DNA from: the human T2T-CHM13v2.0 reference genome, Homo sapiens
Assembly: GCF_009914755.1 (NCBI RefSeq)
Contig: NC_060946.1
Reading direction: 5' to 3' (one strand)
DNA: 64,000 nt
Shown here in pieces: positions 55,440 to 64,000 of the stretch. Below the pieces are notes generated by a model. That model was not told the origin of the DNA. It saw nothing but the letters and a program-made list of their open reading frames with translations, and searched no databases. Numbering within the stretch: position 1 is the stretch's first letter; every line of letters starts with the position of its first letter. Made by a program: the position numbers and the translations under genes.

Positions 55440-56370
55440 TCTGATCAACTATTCCCTAATCCAAGGTCACAACTTACTCCTATATTTTCTCCTAAGAATT
55501 TTATAGTTTTAGCTCCTACTTTTAGGTCTATGATTCACTTTAAGTTTTGTATATGCGGTGAGATAGGTGTCCAACTTAATATTTTTGCAGCTGGATTACC
55601 AGTTGTCCCAGCCCATTTGTTGAGAAGACTATTCTTTCCACTTTGAATTGTCTTGGTACCCTTGTTATGATGGTTAAATATTATGTGTCACTTGGCTAGG
55701 CTATGGAACCCAGTCATTTGTGAAGGTATTTTGTAGATGTGATTTACATCTACAGTTGATTGACTTTAAGAAAAAGAGATAACCCTGCATAATGTGAGTC
55801 ATCCTCATCCAATCAGTGAAGGCTTCAGAGCAAAAATGGAGGTTTCCCTGAGAAGAAGGAATTTTGCCTCAAGACAGTTATGCAGAAATTCTGTCTGTAT
55901 TTTGCCTGCTTGCCTGCCCTACAATTTTCACACTCAAAACTGAAATATCAACTTTTGCCAACTTTGCATGCCTTTTCTTTCTTTTCTTGCCTAATTGCCC
56001 TGACCAGAACTTCCCATACAATGTCAAATATAAGTGGCAAGAGTGGATATGCCTGTCTTATTCCTGATCTTAGAGGAAAAGCTTTTAATCTCTTGTCATT
56101 ACAAATGATTTAGCTGTGTTTCTTTTTGTAAATTCTCTTCATCAGGTTGAGGAATTTCCATCCTATTCCTAATTTTGTTAGTGTTTTTATAATGAAATGA
56201 TGTTGGATTTTGTCAAATGCCCTTTCCACATGTATTGAAATAGTCATGTGGTTTTTGCCTCATTTTACTGAGTTAGTGTATAAGAGAGGTTGATTTTTAT
56301 ATGTTGAACCACTCGAGTTACTGGGATAAATTCCACTTGGTCATGGTATATAATTCTTTTTATATTTGCT
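55440..56370 (-). mobile_element. L1M ORF2 fragments interrupted by an MLT2 piece
   Basis: Antisense L1 ORF2 motifs ttttatagttttagct, catttgttgagaagactattctttcc, tgtcttattcctgatcttagaggaaaagc, ttggattttgtcaaatgc. Confidence 0.82.
55665..55960 (+). mobile_element. MLT2 (ERVL) LTR 5' fragment
   Basis: tgatggttaaatattatgtgtca...ctcatccaatcagtgaaggc...aaggaattttgcctcaagac. Confidence 0.75.
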
Positions 56371-59300
56371 AGAAACATACACACACCCTAAAAACCACTG
56401 TATTAAAATCAGTTAGCAATAAACCAACCAAATAAAAAAGAAACAAAATTAAAGTCCCTCAGATAACTTTGTAAATTGAGAGGTCTTTTAATTTTAAGAA
56501 ATTATTAAGTTTGGAATGTTGTCAGATATAGTACATCTGAATTGACCAAAAATGACTAAGTCATTCTGATGAACCAAACTTTATTAGACAAGCAGGATTC
56601 AATGTGGCTTATAGAACATCTTTGAATTTATGCCATAATTTCAAATATTACATTCTTTCCCCATTACCTGCACTTCCATTTGCTGCCTCCAAATCCCTGT
56701 GGGGTAGGAGCTATTAGGGATAGTGCAGAGTTGATGGGCATGGCAAATACTCTGGATTACCCTAAAAATGCAGCATTTTAGGGAAGGTAAGTCCAGCAAG
56801 TAGAGGCAAGTGCGAGCCAGGCATTATGTGTGTCTGGTTAACTCAGCTGTAAATCACGCAGGCTTGTAGGCTGTGGGGTAAGAAATCCCTTAAATCACTC
56901 AATTTTTGGCCTTAAACCCAGCTACTTCAGCACAGAAATCATTGATCATTTTCACTTTGGATTACCAGTTGCTAATTAGTTTCCACAATTGTCTTAGATG
57001 TGCAATTGTATTCTTGTGGCATTTTTGGTAAGGAGTTCCATTTATTTGGAGTAGAATAGCTAAATGTACAGAGAAATGGAAGGCTGTTATAGAAATTTGG
57101 TCAAGTGTGAAGGACTTCAAAGTGCATGTAAAATTCACTTAATCTGTGCCTTTTAAATGTGTTTCAAAGGAGATGACTTCTCAACACTTCCATCTTTTCT
57201 CACTGTCCCCATTAGCATTATAGGTATCTCTGCCAAGAAGTCTTCCTTACTTCTGACCAGCCTTCTTCTCTTGTTCTATCATCAGTGGAGACGGAGAACA
57301 GCTGCTCTATTTTATGGCCTCACTGTTACTTTAATTTATATCTGCTGTAAACAGGATTGCTTAAAACTTAATAGAACATTTCAGTTAGGCATGTAGAAAG
57401 GACCCTCTGTCTCCCCCCAGTCCTTCCCAATAGATGTAGTTTATTGCCTTAATTTTTGATTTTGTTTCTGTTGTTTTTACCTTTTTTTGGTAAATAGCGT
57501 GATTTTATTTTTATGACAATATTCTTCCTAGGAATTCTCTGGGCATATGGTGTTTCAAAATCTTGCTAATTTAAAGACCCATTTCACAGACAGAGAAATG
57601 ATTTTGATAAGATGATAAAATGAAAGTTTAAGGAATACCTCATGGTCTCAAAGTTGGCAAAGACTGAAGCATTGTTATTGCAGCTCCTCAGAAGTGATGT
57701 GGATGGAGCTCATAGATAAAGGGTCTGTAGCTAGATGTGTGTGTCTAACATTACTGCTGGTATTTTACACAAGTGAGAAATATCTAAGGGGAAAATCCTG
57801 GGATGAAGTGGAGTGCTTCTTTCCCTTCAGATGCCTTTCTACTTTGGCCAAAGAATGGAGAAGTCTTTTTTAAGAGCAGACTGGTAGCTTCTACCCACTG
57901 ATGACACTGACCTGTGACCCAGAGAGCAAGGATTAAAAATGTAGAAATAGGCATATGATTTCTCAGAGAAAGTTGCTTAAAGCTTAAGCCATGGGGCTAA
58001 ACTTTTTCCTGTCCTATGGATTTATGGCCTCACATGTGGATGGGAGAAATGCAACAGCAGATCACCACTGGGTGAACCAGCAACCTCTGCTGTGGGCTGC
58101 AACTACTTACCCTCTCAAGGATGCAAATGAGGTTACTCCCTTGTGTAATCATGTTTTCACTCCATCCCATTGCCTCCTTGGTGGACTTAGAGGAATTCCT
58201 TCACTGATACAGACAACCCCAAAGCTGACCAGGATTGTTTTCAGGGATTTTACAAATAGGGGAGAAGAGCTCAGAGGTAGGGATTTCAGTTTCCATTGTT
58301 AATTCAACATCCTTTCTTCCTGGAAGTGGAATCAATTACATATTCTCTAGCAGAATTAACTCTTTTTTAAAAAAATAGCAGGTGATCAGGATCTAGGGAC
58401 CATTCTAAGGGATTTCTCTTTTCCATGATCAAATTCTTTAGAAACCATGGATTCTTCTGACAGTCTGTTATTTCACAAAGGAACTTTCTAAAAATTGGCC
58501 TACGTTGGTAGCAGATTTGCACTATTGTCAAAAACTACCCCCATATTCTGTGCTTAACTGTTTGGGTCCTAATCCAAGCTCTACCACTCCTATCTGTGAC
58601 TTCGGGTAAATTACTTAACCTCCCTAGGCCTCAGAATAACAATATCTACCTACACGCACCTGAATCTCTTAGAGCAATGCAGCAGACAGTGAGTGCTTAA
58701 ACTAACCTTGGCCATGATGACAATGGTGGTGGTGGTGGAGATGATGTGCTAGGTTCTTGACTAGTCTCTTTAGATATAAGCAAATCTTCACAAGTATCCA
58801 TTTCCCTTTTACAGATGAAAGAGCAAGTCTCAGAGGGAATAAATAATCACCCTAAGGCCATAAAGCTAATAGGTGGCAGGGCAGACATTCAAGCCCTCGT
58901 CTTTCTAATCCTGCCTGGAGCTCTTTATTGCACCACCAGGTTTCTGGCCCAGACATCAGCAATATGCATTAGGAAAGTTCTTTATAATTTAGAATCATTT
59001 CACAAACATTACTTGTCATTGTTTAGCCTTTCATGAATCTATAGGTTTTGATTACCAGCATCACAATGAACAGAAGAGAACACGGGTTCAGATAGGATGA
59101 AGCTGGCTTGAGTTTACCCACCTAACAAGTGTGGACAGGACCTGGCTCAGCCTAGGTTAATCCACCTGTGGAATGAATGCTTTCTGTAGTCCACCCTGGC
59201 TTTCAGTATCCAATCTGAATTCCTTTCCTTGTCTATCAAGACTGCCATCTGTTCCCTCAATGCACGCTTTGGTTTTTTTATTAAAACTCTGGTCAGGAGT

Positions 59301-59849
59301 CCCTTCTCAGCTGGTCAGCTCACCAGGTGTTCTACTTGGATCCTCTGCCCTTGCTATGCTGTTTGCACATGGTCTTGGCAAGATTTTCTTCATAACTGAA
59401 CTTTGTGGAAGATCCTGTGACTGCCTAGGTCACGGGGCTGGGATTTGACCCAGCTGGATGCAGAGACCCTCCAAGCACTTCCCTACACTGCTGTGCTCTC
59501 AGAATCACTACTTCCTTAGCCCTGATGAAGTAACTTTTAGAAGGCCTGCTTAGTGGCTCTGAGCTTTCTACAGGAGAAAAGACCATTTCTGAGATAACCA
59601 GTATTTGACTGAAGTAGCAGTGGGTCTTAACAAGAGCTCCTTAAAGTTGTCTTCAAAGTAAGCCAATAATCAGACACAGCTGTTGGTGAGAACAGGTATA
59701 ATGCATAATTGTCTCAGTTCTGAAGAAAACAGGTGGTTTACATGATTAGCTTAGAAACGAGTAGACTGGATTGTATTTGAATGTTGAAATTACAAAGTCA
59801 AGAGACTGTATCCTGTATCATAGAAGGGCAATACATTTTTATTGAGGAT

Positions 59850-60250
59850 AGTTATCAAATCTTTATTGAGTACCATCTAAATGTTGTAAACTCTGCACTG
59901 GGCCCCATGGATATAGTGGTGAATAAGACAGACAAAATCCCTGTCTTTGTGAAGCTACATCCTACTAGAAGAGCTAGACTAAAAATAAATGCATAATATT
60001 ATATTTGATAGTAGTAAATACTATTCTCCAGAAAAATAAAATGTGGTAAGGAGACAGAGATTGAGTGTGTGTCAGGGGTAAGTATCATGGTGACTGTTTT
60101 TATGGGAAATGGAAGTATCTCTGGGGAGATGATTTTAAAGGTAAGAAGGAGCTGGCAATGCAGAGATCTGGGGGAAAACATTCTGGATTGCAGGCGTAGT
60201 AAGAGGAAACCCCCTGAGCGGAAAGGAACTGGGTGTGTTCATTATATAGC
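59850..60250 (-). mobile_element. L2 3' region
   Basis: tttattgagtac...ggatatagtggtgaataagacagacaaaatccctg, continuing to gcagagatctgggggaaaacattct. Confidence 0.75.
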
Positions 60251-60437
60251 AAGAAGGCATTCTATATGTTAAGTTCCCTTAAGAAAGTAGTGTAATTTCT
60301 CTGACTCTCATTTTCCTTACTTACATAAAACTCAGATGTCAACTGTGGCCTCTTCCACTCTCAAATTAGAGGAAATATTGCACTAATACATCTTCCCAAC
60401 CAACACCCTCACTACAATCCTGTAGCCAATAAAAGTC

Positions 60438-60739
60438 TGACTGGGCAAGGTGACTCGCACCTGTAATCCCAGCATTTTGAGAGGCCCAAGCGGGCAGATA
60501 ACTTGAGGTCAGGGGTTCAAGACCAGCCTGGTGAATGTGGTGAAGCCCTGTCTCTACTAAAAATACAAAAATTAGCTGGGTGTGGTAGTGTGCACCTGTA
60601 ATCCCAGCTGCTTGGGAGGCTGAGGCAGGACAATTGTTTGAACCCAGGAGGCAGGTGAAGGTTGCAGTGAGCTGAGATCGCACCACTGCACTCTAGCCTG
60701 GTGACAGGGTGAGACTCCGTCTCAAAAAAAAAAAAAAAA
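60438..60739 (+). mobile_element. AluS (Sx/Sz-like)
   Basis: Full dimeric Alu with a poly-A tail. Confidence 0.92.
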
Positions 60740-61294
60740 GGCCAAAACCTCTGCCTCTCAAAGATTTCCCAGTTCCCAGTCCCATATATACAGTTTTGTC
60801 TCTTGAGGCTCTGACTGCGATGGGAAACCCAGACCCTTTTATAAGAACCACAGAAACCCCCTCCTGGGACTTGTGTGCATAGCAAATGAGCTGAAGATTT
60901 GGGGCTGAAGAGAGATCTGAGGGGAAAACAGACAGCCTGTACAGGAGGTACAGGGCTGACAGCTCCCTTACAGCAGTGCTAGGAATTCTTTGGCTGTTTC
61001 CCAGGGCTAGCCTCTAACTTTCTGGCTCCCTCTCCTCTTCTTTTATTTCTTCACCTTTTCCTTCCAATAACAAAACAATGACTTTCTCTCTTTTCTCCTG
61101 CCCCCATCTCTTTTGACATCACAAAATCTCAACCACCCCCAAAATATCTTTCAAAGTATTTTCTTGAACAAATACAGTGGCAGCCCTCAACATAATTCTG
61201 CAGCCAGTTTTAGTAAAAAAGGTATTTTTCACATCTTTGCATTTAAATTGCAGGCAATTATATTGGCTTTTTTGGGTGATTGGAAGGATGACAC

Positions 61295-61466
61295 AACTCT
61301 GTACTGGGCCCCATGGATACAGTAGTGAATAAGACGGACAAAATCCCTGTCCTTGTGAAGCTACATCCTACTAGAAGAGCTAGACTAAAAATAAATGCAT
61401 AATATTATATTTGGTAGTAGTAAATACTATTCTCCAGAAAAATAAAATGTGGTAAGGGGATAGAGA
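61295..61466 (+). repeat. 172-bp dispersed copy of 59889-60060
   Basis: Ungapped match, 8 mismatches in 172 bp by eye, offset 1406 bp. Confidence 0.93.
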
Positions 61467-62771
61467 CAGGAGATGGACAAGCTTTAGTGGCATTACTGGC
61501 ATACAGTAAATATTTGATTAACAGAGGCGAGGATAAGTGTGGTGACTGTGGTGGTAGTGGTTCTTATCAACCCACTACTTGTTTGAGGCCAGACAATTTT
61601 GGAGCTTAACTTAGAGGAGCTAAAAAGACGAAGAACTAAGAAAGTTCTTGCCACAAAGAGGGAAAAAGAATATTGCGGGTACACTGAAAGGCAAAACGAA
61701 ACAAAACAAACACAAAATTCTAGAGACTGGAAGTAGGTCAAAGAGAACGGGAAGAAAAGTGATAGATACAAAGCTATGAAACAGAAACTTAAATAAGCTT
61801 TATAAGAATTCATACCTAAGTCTGAAACCTGGTGGGTGAATGGCACTTATGATCTCTCCTACACTGCGGAATACAAATTTGCAGAATGCAGTTGAAAGAG
61901 CACAAAATGACTTCTGGTTAAGGATCATGGTGTATAGGCATTAATTCTTACCCTCCCCTTCTTCAAAAATCTCAAAAAGAACTAAAAACAAAAAAAATAT
62001 TTTAGTTGCCTATGAAATAAGGATATGAATGCAATCTTAAACCAAAAACTATGCAGCAAACCTGCCAAATGCTGTGAAATCTGGACCAAAATGAGGAAGA
62101 ACACTAAAAACTAACAACATATCCTCAGACCTTGGGCAAGAGGGACATTTCCCCAAAAGAAAGTGCGATTACCCTGAAATGCCATCCAGTGATTCTTCAA
62201 GGGAGATAAGATCCAGGGGCACTGGGGCCATGGCAGAAGAGGACTCTTCCTTTAGACTCAACATGATACCACAGAACATGACAGGCAGAAAAGCAGAGGA
62301 ACCAGAGTGGTACCCGATTTTTATCCAATATTCATTCTCCTTGATGTGGGAATGACCAAGGCAGAGAAAGTGGAGGAAAATTGCATTTTCCAAATTATCA
62401 ACCATTCCAATGACAGAAACTGAGGTGTGATATACAGTTCATGAATAAGGAAAAGAATAGATTTGGTGAGAGGCTATAGGAGGCAATATACTGTGTTCAA
62501 GTTTACTAACATTCCTCACTACTTCCCTTCCTCCATGGATGATTTTTCAGCAAGTATACAAGATGAATGACAATCTGAAAGAACCATCCCACATACATGC
62601 TTTGAAATGAGAGAGAAAATAAAGAAGAAAGAAATGTAGGACAAAGATAAAGAACTACAAAAGAAATCATCTAAGAAAACAAAGAGTTTGGGTAGAGTTC
62701 TCTATAATCTCAAAGAAATTATAGGAGATAAGTGTAAATAAAAAAATTACAGAAAAAAAAGCTATACTACA

Positions 62772-63065
<294 letters not shown>

Positions 63066-63120
63066 CTACAAGCAACCAAAGTTAGAATAAACCTAACTTA
63101 AAACAGACAGTACTTTTAGT

Positions 63121-63390
63121 AATTCATTCATTCATTCATTCATTCATTTAACTAATTAGTGAATACCCCCTCCATGCTTGGAGTGCTTCTAGATGCTGGG
63201 AACTCAGCAGTGTCTAAGTCAACATCTCTGCCTTCATGGAGCTTACTATCCAGGGTGGATGGGGGATAGTAAAAAGTAAAGAATAAATTTTGATAGTGCT
63301 ATTAAAACAAGTAAAACAGAACAACATAATAGAGTATGAAAACAATTGGGTGACCATGAAAATCTCTCTCACTGCAGGATATTTTATCTG
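63121..63390 (-). mobile_element. L2 3' end with (ATTC)n tail
   Basis: (ttca)n followed by ctagatgctgggaactcagcagtg...tgccttcatggagctta. Confidence 0.78.
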
Positions 63391-63689
63391 AAACCTGTAT
63401 AACATCATGAACGATTCAGGCCTGCAAATATCTGGAGAGACATTCTATATACATATTATCATAAAAAAAGATTATAAGGAAAAAGACATGAATGATAGGT
63501 AAGGAATATTCAACAAATATATAATTGGTGTTTGCAAAGAAGAAATGAACCAAAGAAACAGAAAATATGTTCAAAAAATAGGAAAAACAATCCCAGAACA
63601 AATGCTTAAATCTGCAGATTGAGAGAATAATGCTGTAATGAAAACTTATTTGAGTGATCAATACCAGTACATAAAAATAGTATGGATAA

Positions 63690-64000
63690 CCAGCCCTAAA
63701 TCTAGGCTGGTCTCATGGCTTGCTTTGACCCATAGCATGTGGTGAAAATTATTTCATGGCAGCCCTGAGCTTACAGCCCGAAGAGGCCTTGCATACTTTC
63801 AGTCCTTTCTCACAGCCCTGCTACCGTTATGTGAAGAAGCCTGGGCCATCCTGCTGGAGTATGAGAGATCACAGGGCCAAGTCACCCCCACTGTCCCTGC
63901 CAAGAGATAACCAACTACCACATGAATGAGGTGATTCTAGGCCAGCCAGGCTCCAGTTGACCCATGTCCTAACTCATTCACCCAAGATCAGCCAAGCCAT
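63690..64000 (+). mobile_element. MaLR MLT1 (G/H-like) LTR, cut by the window end
   Basis: tgctttgacccatagcatgtggtgaaa...aagaggccttgca...atgtgaagaagcctggg...cctgctggag. Confidence 0.65.

Overview
Catarrhine primate (human-like) DNA spanning a satellite/non-satellite boundary. Bases 1-~30611 are one unidirectional, diverged Human Satellite 3-type array: (GGAAT)n heavily mixed with GGAGT. It shows nested local duplications of about 65 bp, 240 bp, 500 bp, 1.35 kb, 2 kb, 2.65 kb and 3.25 kb, and one fossil Alu 3' fragment at 28122-28184. All ORFs in this half are pentamer-repeat artefacts. From ~30612 the sequence switches abruptly to repeat-rich non-coding DNA: Alus of J, S and Y-like type, L1M, L2, MIR, MST/MLT and ERVL LTRs, a HERV-K(HML-2) LTR5 solo LTR, MER5A and a half MADE1. 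I recognise no protein-coding gene; there are only weak candidate exons. I cannot support a new gene system. The most notable signal is a cluster of DNA repair or template-switch scars in the flank. Three short segments were copied 1-3 kb downstream, two of them flanked by clear direct repeats. An LTR deletion is filled with two snap-back palindromes, a MADE1 arm is scrambled, and an L1 is probably inverted. Repeat family names and edges were assigned by eye, without RepeatMasker.
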